Shown here one piece after another: positions 19,172 through 29,097 of a stretch of DNA of 32,000 nucleotides. Positions within the stretch are counted from its first letter, which is position 1. Each line of letters opens with the position of its first letter. Made by a program: the position numbers and the translations under genes. The stretch is from Candidatus Saccharimonadota bacterium (GTDB lineage: Bacteria; Patescibacteriota; Gracilibacteria; Absconditabacterales; Absconditicoccaceae), in contig JAUIDC010000001.1 of NCBI GenBank assembly GCA_030429145.1, positions 390,001-422,000 on the forward strand. Direction: 5' to 3'. The notes under the pieces are model-generated. The model searched no databases, was not told the origin of the DNA, and saw only the letters and a program-made list of their open reading frames with translations.

Positions 19172-19172
19172 C

Positions 19173-19847
19173 CTATTGTGAAGATCTTCTCACAATGACA
19201 ATCGGAGTCATTTCATCATTCTGACCCATTGGATTGTCTAGGAGGACGAGGCGAACTGTTGCTTTGTCGACAGGCATAGACTTTGACATGCCCAAGACTT
19301 CGACATTGATGTTGTTGCCGTCGATAATGGCTGCGGGAACTCAAAATCTGTCTTCTATGTCCTGACAGAACTTGTCAGCATTCGCTGGTCAAATCATGGC
19401 AAACTCGTCAAACGGAGCCATGGCATCTGGGTTGAAGCCGTCTATTTCTGAAATTCTATTGCCAGCTATGCGGTAAAAATCTCCACGTCTGCCAAGTAGT
19501 CTTGTTATTCCTCCGAGGATCATAGCAAAGAAAACTCTCCGTCGCCCTGCTTGCATGATAGCGACCTGCATCTTGCGGGGGTGAGAGTAGCCAATATCTC
19601 ACTTATGTTTCGTAACACCTTTTACTACTAGTTTTGCAAGCCATCCTGGTTGGATAACAGATTCGTGGACGACTCTTCCTTGTGAAATAGTGACAACCTT
19701 TTCTGAAATTGCAATTCGGTCACCTGGTTGCAGGAGCGGGTTCACATACTTTTCGATAAGTGGATCAAACGATTCTTTGATGTGAATCATATGAGTCTTT
19801 ACGCAAATTCTTTCGTAATTTGCTCCGTTAACCTCTTTGAGAGACAT
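19173..19847 (-). CDS. gamma-glutamyl ligase (CofE / F420-0:glutamate ligase-like, PF01996-type) family protein, 224 aa
   Basis: Track ORFs 19599..19847 and 19389..19571 plus a third segment are in one frame, joined by TGA at 19599, 19389 and 19341. The motif PLLQPGDRIAISEKVVTISQGRVV is typical of the family. Ends at TAG 19173-19175. Confidence 0.6.
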
Positions 19848-19874
19848 TATTTTCTTGCTACTACGGATAAAATC

Positions 19875-20894
19875 TTATTTTACTTTTCGCTGTTTCTTAT
19901 CTTCTTTCCATTTATATAACTTATACATTATTTTATTGCCAATAATATCATAACTTCCGGTGAGCTCATATTTTACCCCTCACATTGACTCTTTAAAATG
20001 ACTGACAGTAGCCAACTCGTGCTTTGGATAGCCGGTCGGCGCCCCTCCCATCATATCAAAGATTTCATATCATTTTTCTTTTGCTCGCTTCATTACTTCT
20101 CGTTTCAGAAAGTTATTCCCTCAAATATTTCCTGCTTTTCTATCTGTCGCACCATAAAGATAGATAACTGCTTTTTCTTCTTCATCAAAGAGGTAGATGC
20201 TTCCACTGACGACGTCCCCATTGGGTGCTTTTACCAGCATAAGTTTCCCTGTTTTGTTCGAGAGAAGAGAGTGTTTTAAGTCGTCAAATGTTGACTTTGG
20301 TAGTACAAAAAATGCCTTTTTTGCTGCAGTGCCGCGTCGAATCTTATAGAACTCATCCCATTCTTCTGGGGTTGCTTCACAGAAAGAGAGATGATGTCTT
20401 TTTGCTTTTTTGATAGCCTGTCTACAGTTTGATGTGACATCTTTCCAGAGTTCGTCTTCTGTTTTTTTAAGGTCTATCATGATAGTGCTGTTTGGGAGAT
20501 TTTCTTTGAAGCCAACCTCTAGATCGAAGAGCTCTTTCATCTCTTCTTGGGTGATGCGGCGCTTCATCCTGATGGCCTTTAATACACTCTCATTCTTATT
20601 AATTTTGCAAGGAAATCCGTCGAATGGATCGATGATCCCGAGTTGGAAGAGTATCGTGTGTTTGTCGTTAAGATATGTTTTTTTAATATTTTCTATGTCT
20701 TTTTTGAACTGCGCGTGTTGATCTCTGATTTCTATACCAAGAACCTGATATCGTTTGAACTTCCAAGGCCCGACCTTTTTGTCTCTTATCACGCCAAAAT
20801 GTGTTTTGCCAAGTATTTCTATCTCAAAAGTGGGCTTTCTGTAGACGTTTTTTGTCAGGTCGTATCGGAGTGCTGACTGGTAAAAATTATACAT
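19875..20894 (-). CDS. FemAB-family peptidoglycan interpeptide-bridge peptidyltransferase-like protein, 339 aa
   Basis: N-terminus FYQSAL[CGA]YD (family: flQS..W). The C-terminal half, GATDRKAGNI-G-GNNFLK[CGA]EVMK[CGA]AKEK-G-YEIFDMMGG...HFKESM-G-GV, matches lqWe.i.wAk..G...yDf.G...FK..fGg. 1020 nt, ends TAA 19875-19877. Confidence 0.8.
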
Positions 20895-21005
20895 CGTTGC
20901 ATATCAGGTAACAAATTACAATATGACAAGAGTTATATTCATTACTGATTGTATTTCAACGTCGGATCAGTAAGCTCTGGACATTTAAATAATTACTACT
21001 ATTTC

Positions 21006-21311
21006 ATGGCAGACAAAAAGAATATTGAGATCTCATCAGATTTGTATGATGCGATCCAGCAACTAAAGTCTATCTTCAGTGAAATGAGCGGAAAGCCAAT
21101 CGAAAAAGATGAAGATGTTCTTTCTATCCTCGTGTCAGGATTCATCGATAGCGTTATGCAAGAGCAAGAAGGTGGTAACGGTGAGGACGATGAAGAAGGT
21201 GAGGACGATGATGATGAATCTGAGTCCGGACACCATCATAAGCACGGTTGTGCTTGTGGTGGTAACTGCAACTGTGACAAAGAAAGCTGCGGCTGTGGTC
21301 ACGGGCACTAG
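21006..21311 (+). CDS. small acidic protein with His/Cys-rich metal-binding-like tail, 101 aa
   Basis: ATG 21006 is in frame with track ORF 20949... It begins MADKKNIEISSDLYDAIQQLK, continues with a poly-acidic linker (GEDDEEGEDDDDESES), and ends in the tail GHHHKHGCACGGNCNCDKESCGCGHGH. Followed by a terminator. Confidence 0.6.
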   Translation: MADKKNIEISSDLYDAIQQLKSIFSEMSGKPIEKDEDVLSILVSGFIDSVMQEQEGGNGEDDEEGEDDDDESESGHHHKHGCACGGNCNCDKESCGCGHGH

Positions 21312-21327
21312 AGATTATTGGAGTTTT

Positions 21328-21354
21328 AAAAAGCACCCTCTAGGGGTGTTTTTT
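21328..21354. terminator. bidirectional terminator between the His/Cys-rich gene and def
   Basis: AAAAAGCACCCT-cta-GGGGTGTTTTTT. It overlaps the def stop codon (21353-21355). Confidence 0.6.
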
Positions 21355-21838
21355 AGTTGATCAATTTATCTATGAAGAGCACTCCATCCAAGTGGTCAAC
21401 CTCATGCTGTATAATCACCGCGTTGTAACCAGAGAACTTATCAGTATGTTTTTTCCCATTGGCGTCCTCTCGAGAAACCTTGATGGTTTCATGTCTCATG
21501 ACCTCGCCTGAAAGCTTTGGGAGAGAGAGGCAGGCCTCTTCTGAGACAATCATTTTGTCGGATTTTGAGATTATTTGAGGATTTATCATGACTGCGTCAC
21601 CGACTCTTTTGAGCTTATCGTTTTTTTCTTTCCGAAAAGAAACTGCAATTGCTCTGATGTTCTCTCCTATTTGAGGTGCAGCTAATCAAGCTCCTTCATA
21701 CTCATACATGAGTGCAAGAAGGGCTTCACTAAACTCTTTGATATCTTTCGTGATTTTGGCTACAGGAGTGGATTTTGCTCTGAGTACAGGATGGTTTGCT
21801 CCCGTTAAAAGTGGGTATTTTTTTGATAATTTGCTCAT
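21353..21838 (-). CDS. def: peptide deformylase, 161 aa
   Basis: All three motifs are present: EGA-G(UGA 21686-21688)-LAAPQIG, EACLSLP and QHEVDHLDG. 486 nt, in frame with track ORF 21353..21589. Confidence 0.9.
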
Positions 21839-22029
21839 AAATGCCTATTATACATCAAATTAAATGATATGTCATCGGTTTTTGGCTTTCAAAAGCCAAG
21901 GAATCTCTCTATAAAATTTGCATAGTAGAAGGATACATATTTGACCTTGAAAATCAAAGCCGAAATCCTATACTTCCAAACTGTCGCTTGAAAAAAGTGG
22001 CATGTACATTCAACCCCAGATACCCGAGT

Positions 22030-22119
22030 GGAGAGATGGCAGAGTGGTTGAATGCGACTGTCTTGAAAACAGTTGTCCCTTTACGGGGACCGTGGGTTCG
22101 AATCCCTCTCTCTCCGCCA
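22030..22119 (+). tRNA. tRNA-Ser (anticodon UGA), 90 nt with long variable arm and encoded CCA
   Basis: Acceptor stem GGAGAGA/TCTCTCC, anticodon stem ACTGT/ACAGT with loop CTTGAAA, long variable arm GTCCC-tttac-GGGAC, T-loop TTCGAAT, discriminator G. There is one U.U mismatch in the T-stem. Confidence 0.85.
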
Positions 22120-22139
22120 TTTACTATCTTACATTTTTC

Positions 22140-23294
22140 ATGCCCATATATCCCTCCAAGAAGGTAAAGAGAGCAAGAAAAACAACAAACAACATTGGAA
22201 AATTCATCATTACATTATTCAACTTAGTGGTCTTTAATTATCTCATCATCTACGCAGACAAGTTCCAACTTGCTGTGGAAAACGAGCCTGTAAAGGCGGC
22301 GTTTACTGATGTGATGCCTACTGCAAGTGCAGATATTAATGCACAGTCTATTATCTTTGATAATGACGATCTTGATGGTAATCTTACCTATATCGTTAGA
22401 TCAGGAGATACGCTGGAAACTATTGCAGCAGAACTGAACACGACAGTGGATAATATTAAGAAAGTAAATAAACTGAAGAGTAATGAGATTCGTCCTGGGC
22501 AGAGATTGACGGTAAGTCAGCTTCCAGGTATCATTATTACTATGCAGGAAGACATTTCATTGGGTGACTTCATTGAGACGTATAATCTAAATGAAGATGA
22601 CATCAAAACGCTCAACAATATAGCTGACAGCAGAAAGATCGTTCGTCAGGGATGAGAGCTCTTCATTCCTATCAGCGAAAAAGAAGCACAGGATAAAGGA
22701 TTGATTGAAAAGCCTGAACCTGTTGTGAAGCCAAATCCTGTTGTAGCAACGACTAAAACAGCTACGGTAGATACTAGTGCTCAATCTGCTCCGGCAAAGA
22801 GTACTCCTGCTGTTGCAGAGCCAAAAGAAACGATATCTTCTCCAGCTCCGGTAAAAAAGCCGGTAGCGACAGTGAGTCAGGTCGTAGATGAAACAACGAC
22901 TATTACGGCTAAGAGAGGAACGGTTCTTGCGAAGTGGTATCAGAAGACCACTACTATCGATGGATTTGCTGCAGGTTATTGTACAGCATATGCAGCTTCA
23001 AGAAGACCAGACATCTTCAAGAGTGATAAGGCGTTCCGCGGTAATGCAAAAGAGTGGAACGAGAGAGCTATCGCCGCTGGATGGACGGTAGGGTCAATTC
23101 CTAAACCAGGTTCAATCGCTGTTTATGAGCCAGGTCAGGGTGGAGCTTCAGGATATGGTCACGTTGCTATCGTAGAGTCAGTAGATCCTGAAAATGGACT
23201 TATGACTATCTCGGATATGAATGGTCCTGGAGGTAGAAATGTAGTTACCACTCGTATCGTACCATATGACGAGGCAGGAAGCTATATCTACTAA
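22140..23294 (+). CDS. cell-wall hydrolase with N-terminal TM anchor, two LysM domains, Pro/Ala/Thr/Val-rich linker and C-terminal CHAP amidase/peptidase domain, 384 aa
   Basis: Start trimmed to ATG 22140, after the tRNA. LysM 1 is YIVRSGDTLETIAAELNTTVDNIKKVNKL..IRPGQRLTV. LysM 2 runs across TGA 22653. The CHAP domain has catalytic Cys in GYCTAYAA and His in GYGHVAIVESV. Track ORFs 22002.. and 22701.. are in the same frame. Confidence 0.8.
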
Positions 23295-23328
23295 ACGATT
23301 GTAAAACTTCTATAAATAGATACACTAA

Positions 23329-23355
23329 CTCGGCAAGACAATTGTCGAGTTTTTT
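23329..23355 (+). terminator. rho-independent terminator after the LysM-CHAP gene
   Basis: CTCGGCAA-gacaa-TTGTCGAG (one G.U pair) followed by TTTTTT. Confidence 0.65.
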
Positions 23356-23439
23356 ATGACACGTTTTATCTCTCTTCTCGTTTACTATAGTATGCGTATG
23401 AGGTGAAGAAGATCTTCAAGTAAAGTAAGGATAAAGAAA

Positions 23440-26400
23440 ATGCACTTCCACAATGATATTTTTGGGGGAAGAAAAACTATTGCTAAAAAAATAAAGAAGT
23501 GGCTTAGGCAGGGAGTTGTCTGGAAGACTATTGTTTTCTGACTTCTTTTTGCGTTTCTTATTGGCGCCCTTCGATTTTACGTGGCAGTAGTAAGTGCTAT
23601 GCCTAACTTGAGTAATATCAATCAGACCTTTAAACAAGCAACACTTATCACCGATAGAGATGGAGACACTCTCTACAAGTTGTTTGATGAAAATAGAGAG
23701 TACGTGTCATATGATAGTATCTCTCCTCATATGGTAAACGCTATGATAGCGGCTGAAGATAAGGATTTTTGGACGAATGAGTGAGTAGACTATGGAGGTA
23801 TCCTGAGAGCAATTTGGATTACTTTGAAGACAGGAAGTTTGAGTGGGCCTGGAGGTTCGACCATTACCCAACAGCTCATCAAGCTTTTGCTCTTGTCGAA
23901 CGAGAAAACTATCACGAGAAAAGCAAAGGAGATTATCCTAGCAACGAGAATTGATGACTATCTTCAGGATGAGATCAAGAAGGAGATGCCTGAGCTTTCT
24001 TCGTCTGAGCGTAAGAAAGAAGTAAAGAAGCGTATCGTAGAGATGTACCTTAACTATATTTTCCTTGGTAACAACTCTCACGGTGTGGAGGCAGCTTCAA
24101 AGACATACTTTGGAAAGTCTGCTAAAGAGCTGGATATCCTTGAGTCTGCTATCCTTGCTTCGATGGCACAGCGTCCTTCGACAGTAAACCCATATAGAAA
24201 TGTTGACCAGCTTATGGGTGCATTTACCGTTGTGTCAGACGACGACGAGGCTGTTGATATGACAACTGGTTCTATAAAAGAAAAGGTTGTCGAGAGGATG
24301 GTAAGTAATATCAATGACTCTTCGAGATCGGTAAGTAAGTCTGCCGGTGGATTTATGAGTTATGTTGAAAGAATAGGAGAGTTTAGTATCGAGGTAGAAG
24401 GCGTAGAATATGATGTGGAGTACTCGCCAGGAAGAAAAGATTATGTATTATCTAGAATGTATGAAGATGGGTATATAGATGCACAGCAGGCAAAAGATGC
24501 ATTTATACAGGCCTTAAACTACCAGTTTAAGACGGCTAGGATAGATATCAATGCACCACATTTCGTTTTCTGGATCGTAGAGTGGCTTAAAGAACAATGA
24601 TATACTGAGGAACAACTGACGAAAGGAGGATTGACTATTAAGACGACTCTTGATCTGGATGCACAAGAAATAGCCGAAAAAAGTATTACTGACAATATCG
24701 CTACTATCAATGGTTATGGAGCGAACAATAGTTCTCTTATCTACCTTGATAGTCTCAATGGCGACGTTATTGCCTACGTAGGATCAGCAGATTATAACAA
24801 TGAAGAGATAGCAGGAAAAGTAGACATGGTGTTGCAGTCGAGACAACCAGGGTCGACTATCAAGCCTTTGGTCTATGCGTATGGGTTTATGAAGCTGCCG
24901 TTGGCAATTGATACTCCAATCTATGACATTCCGTTTAAGATAGGAAACGATCAACCGAATAATAATGACGCGGCTTATGAGGGGCTCTTACCTTTGAGGA
25001 AAGCTCTTGGATATTCGAGAAATATCCCTGCGATCAAAATGTATTTTGCTGTGGGTGGACAGGATGAGATTATTCCTTACATGAATAGCATTGGTATCAA
25101 TTCGTTCGATACGAAGAAAGATTATGGTTATCCGCTCGCTATCGGTGCTGGGGAGCTCAGTATGCTCGAGTTGGCAAATGCTTATATGCATTTAAGTTCG
25201 GTCAATGGAGCGCCTGCTAAGATCAATCCGATCCTGGAAGTAACAGGGCCAGATGGAAATATTCTCTATCAAAAATCAGAAGAAGAGGAAAAACTACAAC
25301 AAAAAATCATCCCTGGCGGTGTTGCTTACCTCTTGTGGAAGATACTTACTACCGAAGACAACCTCCCTCCTTCATGGGTTGCAAACTTTAGAGTTGGCGG
25401 GCTTGTTTATGCAAATAAGTCTGGTACAACAGACATGAAAGATCCGAAGAGTGATAGAAAACTGCCGAGAGATGGTTGGCTTGTAGGATATACTCCTTCG
25501 AAAGTTGCTGTCTTTTGGGCGGGAAACACACAGTGAGGACCTATGAATGCGAACGCTTATGGAGGTTGGGTAAACGGAAGAACCTTTAGACAGTTCTTCT
25601 CTCAACTCTTGAGAGCAGACCTTATTCAGTCGGAAAACGTTTCTCCTATAGAGGTGAAAGATGTGGCTATATCAAAAGTCTCATGAAGGTTGGCTACGGA
25701 GAGCACTCCCGAAGAGTTTAGAGTAAGTTCGCTTGCGTATATCAATACTGTGCCTACGGTGGCAGATAATACGATGAGTCCTATCCAGATTGACAATGCT
25801 TGTATGGGTAAGGTGTCAGATGTCACTCCGAGAGAGGATATAATCAATGGGTATGTCCTTAATCCGGTGAGTTTTATGCCGAACAATATGGATCTAGACG
25901 ATATCCGTAACTGGTGGACAGAAAGAGCAAATCCACAGACCACAGGCGAAGTAAAACAGCCTCAGTACAATGGTATCTTTCTGCAGGCTCCAACAGAGGT
26001 CTGTGAGGCGAGAGAGTCTTTAGGAGTCCAAGATAATAGTATCCAGATCACTCTGAGACAGCCAAGAAATCAGGGGAAAATTATGCAGACATTTAGTGTC
26101 TGGTATGACATTAGTGCTCCAGTTACTATCAGCAAGGTAAGGGTGATGCTCGATAATGAGTTCCTTGGTGAGTTCGCATATGCCTCTCCAACGAGTAGAA
26201 TAAATGATATTAGAAAAGTAGATGCTCATCTACCAGTCGATGGGAAGACGCATACACTTACCGTTATAGCAATAGATTCTGCAGGTAGATATAACAAGCA
26301 GTCTGTGGAGGTGCAGTGAGCAGGAAGCGATACTGTTGCGCCTTATCTTCTTACGGATAGCTTTACTGTAAGAAAGAGAGCTGACGGAAACTACGATGTT

Positions 26401-26598
26401 GTGATGCTGTTTGTTGATGATCTTTCAGCGGTGAAAGGTGGAGAGATATTTATGACAGATGGTACAAAGATCCATTCGTTCAATGGTAATGCAACAAGCT
26501 ATCAGATCCAGATACCACAAGTCTTAAACTATAAGGTTGAAGATGCATATGGTAACATAGTAGATGCAAATATTGATCTTACGCAGTATGCACAGTAG
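23440..26598 (+). CDS. class A penicillin-binding protein (bifunctional GT51 transglycosylase / transpeptidase) with ~300-aa C-terminal extension, 1052 aa
   Basis: Five track fragments are in one frame, joined by 6 in-frame TGA. GT51 motifs: AAEDKDFWTNE-G(UGA 23782-23784)-VDYGGILRA, GGSTITQQL, RKAKEIILATRID. Transpeptidase motifs: RQPGSTIKP (SxxK), YSRNIPA (SxN), KSGTT (KTG). An AAGGA Shine-Dalgarno sits 8 nt before ATG 23440. In-frame ATGs at 23356, 23392 and 23398 are possible alternative starts. Confidence 0.88.
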
Positions 26599-26620
26599 TG
26601 TTGTGTAACTGTTGATAATA

Positions 26621-26646
26621 AAAACCTCCCAGCTGGGAGGTTTTTT
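26621..26646. terminator. bidirectional terminator between convergent PBP and dnaX genes
   Basis: AAAACCTCCCAGCTGGGAGGTTTTTT: a perfect palindromic GC-rich hairpin flanked by an A-run and a T-run. Confidence 0.75.
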
Positions 26647-26665
26647 AGTAGACTTGTATTATATT

Positions 26666-28171
26666 CTATAGTAGCGAAGAGAAGTACTCATCTTTAGACT
26701 GATATCTGAGAGATGCGTGTACGTTTCTGTCAAGTACTTTGCTGAGTGCTTCCTCTATAACTCTCAGATTTTCTGGCTTTTGTAGTATGCCAAGTTGTAT
26801 CTTCTGAAGAACAACGAAATAGATAGTCTCTTCCTCCTGTTTTTCAATAAGACAAAACGACTTTACGAGTCCTTTGATTGAAGTCTTTTCTATAGTAGAC
26901 GCGATTTTTTTAAGGAGCTCGTCGTTTGTGTAGTCTGTATCTGTTGAAGTCTCATCATTGGCCTTAGCAGGCTCGCTGTTAGGTTCTTTTGCTGGCTCAG
27001 AGGGGACTTCTTTCTCTTCTTTTGCGCTAGTGTCTTTTTCCTCAACATCTGAGCTAATCTCTTTTGGCCCTTCTTCGCTCGCTATCTCTGCCTTCGTAGC
27101 TTTTGCGGGAGTAGAATCTACGCTGTTAGGTTTTTTTTTTGACTGCCCATCGGCAGCTACATAGATATGAAATGGATTGAAGTGTTTATAGAGCTCTGAC
27201 TTGATAATAATGAAGGGTTGAGGGAATGCTTTCATGCTGAAGCTGATGTTTTTGAGCACATCTGCTAGAGACAGCATCGTTTCAAGATCCTCATTCATAT
27301 GCTCTTCAATATAGAGGAGGAGCTGTTTTATAAAGTTTTGCACATCGGTTCCTCACTCTTCGAGTTCATCAACTATGGCAAAAAGTTTTTGTAGATCTTT
27401 TTGCTGCATCGCTTCCACGAAGTTTCTTATGAGTGTTTCTGGTGCAACACCGAGAAATTGCGCGACATTTTCATTGGTAATATCGCCTAAGATCGAGACT
27501 TGATCAAGGTATTTGATGGCATCACGGGCACATCACTCTGCCATCCTTGCGATGGTAACAATAGCGTCAGGATCGCAGGTCATCTGCTCAGTTTTACAGA
27601 TATATTCGAGATGCTGAGAAAGCTCAGCTGTTGGTATCTTTTTAAAATTGAATACTTGGCAGCGAGAGATAATGGTCTCAGGAACCTTGTGAATCTCTGT
27701 CGTTGCAAGGATAAAAACGAGATATGCAGGTGGCTCTTCCATAATCTTGAGGAGCGCATTGAAAGCACCTTTTGAAAGCATATGCACTTCGTCTATGATA
27801 TATACTTTCTTCTGCAGATGAGCGGGCGGATAAGGAGCCTTATCGATAACTTCTTCTCTGATGTTTTCTACTCATGTATGTGATGCCGCGTCAATCTCGA
27901 CAAAGTCGATCGACTTGTTTTGGTTGATAGCGACGCAGTTGGCACACTCATTACAAGGGCTTCCTCCTTTGAGATTAAGACAGTTGAGTGCCTTTGCAAA
28001 AATACGTGCAGCAGAAGTCTTTCCTGTTCCACGAGGACCATAAAAAAGATAGTTGTTATTGCGCACCCCTTCTCAGCCTTGGGCAATCTTTGCCTGTAGA
28101 ATATCTACAATGTGACGTTGATTGACTATCTGATCAAATGTCTGAGGACGAAATTTGAGGTATAAAGACAT
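26666..28171 (-). CDS. dnaX: DNA polymerase III subunit gamma/tau, 501 aa
   Basis: Three track fragments are joined by 4 in-frame TGA over 1506 nt. Motifs: KFRPQTF, YLFYGPRGTGKTSAARIFAKALNC, zinc module CNECANC, IIDEVHMLS, ATTEIHKVPETIISRCQ, ARDAIKYLDQ. A low-complexity E/K/P/S linker precedes a C-terminal tau-like domain. Confidence 0.9.
27131..27140 (-). promoter_or_regulatory. A10 homopolymer (candidate slippage/frameshift site) inside dnaX
   Basis: Minus strand TCA AAA AAA AAA CCT AAC AGC GTA G at codons 344-348. The -1 frame reads ACC TAA and the +1 frame reads CTA ACA GCG TAG, so both alternative frames stop within 2-4 codons. Confidence 0.5.
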
Positions 28172-28321
28172 CCGGTAATGTTCTTTCTAATGTGTAAAAT
28201 ATCCTATAGAGAGCCCTATCATAGGGAAAAATATTTGAAAGAAAAGGATATTTCTCTTTTCCCTCTTGTAAGGCTTTGAGACTTGTATATGATAGTGCTT
28301 CTTTATGTGTCATAGTCTCGT

Positions 28322-29095
28322 ATGAAGCTATTTCTTCGTATTTTACAGCTTGGATTGAGAGTGTTCTTCTTTTTGCTCTCCTTTGGTTTGATAGCAATAG
28401 CCTTGTTTTATCCTTCTTTGATAGGAGACTTTATTGCTTGGTTGGAGAGGGTCGTGGATACTCTTTGATGGATTAATTGGCCTCTTATTTTCCTTCTCGG
28501 ATTTATTGAGTCGGTTCCACTCCTTGGTGCTCCTATTCCAGGACAGACAGCACTGTTCGTCATCGGCTGATTTGTTGCACAGGCGCATCTTTGGGAGATG
28601 ATACTGTTAGTGTCCGCGGCTATGACGCTCGGAGATGTCGTTGGCTATTTGATCGGGAAGCATAAGGGAGATGGATTCATTGATGCTTTTGGCCAGTATT
28701 TTGGCATAGGGAAAACGGAGGTTCGCTATATAGGGAGGGCCTTGGATAAATATGGGCCTTGGGCGATAGTCCTCAGTAAGTGGAATGGATATACACGTGG
28801 TATTATCCCTTTTGTCGCAGGAACGGCGAGGATGAGACGAGGAATATTTATGCTCTTCAATGTTATGTGATCGGTTATCTACGCATCTGTTCTTATCATA
28901 CTGGCAAAACTCTTTGTGTGATCATATGAGTTTGTGTTGCCGTATATTCGCTGGATAGTGCTCGGTCTCTTTGCATTGGTGTGATTATATTTTTGGTTTT
29001 TTAAGAGAGATTCTTTGAAGAGATATATTCGTGATAAGGAAAAAGAACTTGAAGAGGCGGAAGAAATTTTGAAAGAAGTTGAGCATAAATTGTAG
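28322..29095 (+). CDS. DedA-family membrane protein (second paralog) with C-terminal coiled tail, 257 aa
   Basis: I translated it codon by codon from ATG 28322 (TAG three codons upstream) to TAG 29093-29095. Motifs: GFIESVPLLGAPIPGQTALFVIG-G-F, GDVVGYLIGKHKG, GIIPFVAGTARM. Track ORF 28598..28870 is in frame. Confidence 0.75.
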
Positions 29096-29097
29096 CC

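Noticed and set aside
17544-19172. The T9SS-CTD gene could be part of a classical integrative island, with an integrase and a duplicated tRNA-Cys 3' end as att sites.
   Set aside because: No integrase or transposase ORF is present. I could not find a repeat of the tRNA-Cys 3' segment near 19100-19200. Only a single-gene insertion is supported.
22002-22139. The N-terminal 46 codons of track ORF 22002..22655.
   Set aside because: This stretch is the tRNA-Ser gene (22030-22119) read as protein. The real CDS most plausibly starts at ATG 22140.
23356-23439. Earlier in-frame ATGs (23356, 23392, 23398) as the PBP start.
   Set aside because: ATG 23356 lies inside the upstream terminator U-tract, and none of these has a Shine-Dalgarno. 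ATG 23440 has AAGGA 8 nt upstream and gives a normal short basic tail before the TM helix. The earlier starts cannot be fully excluded.
28134-28588. Minus-strand ORFs 28134..28397 and 28343..28588, and plus-strand ORF 28276..28476.
   Set aside because: The plus-strand DedA paralog (28322-29095) runs through this region with clear DedA motifs once UGA is read as Gly. The others are out-of-frame or antisense, with no recognisable features.
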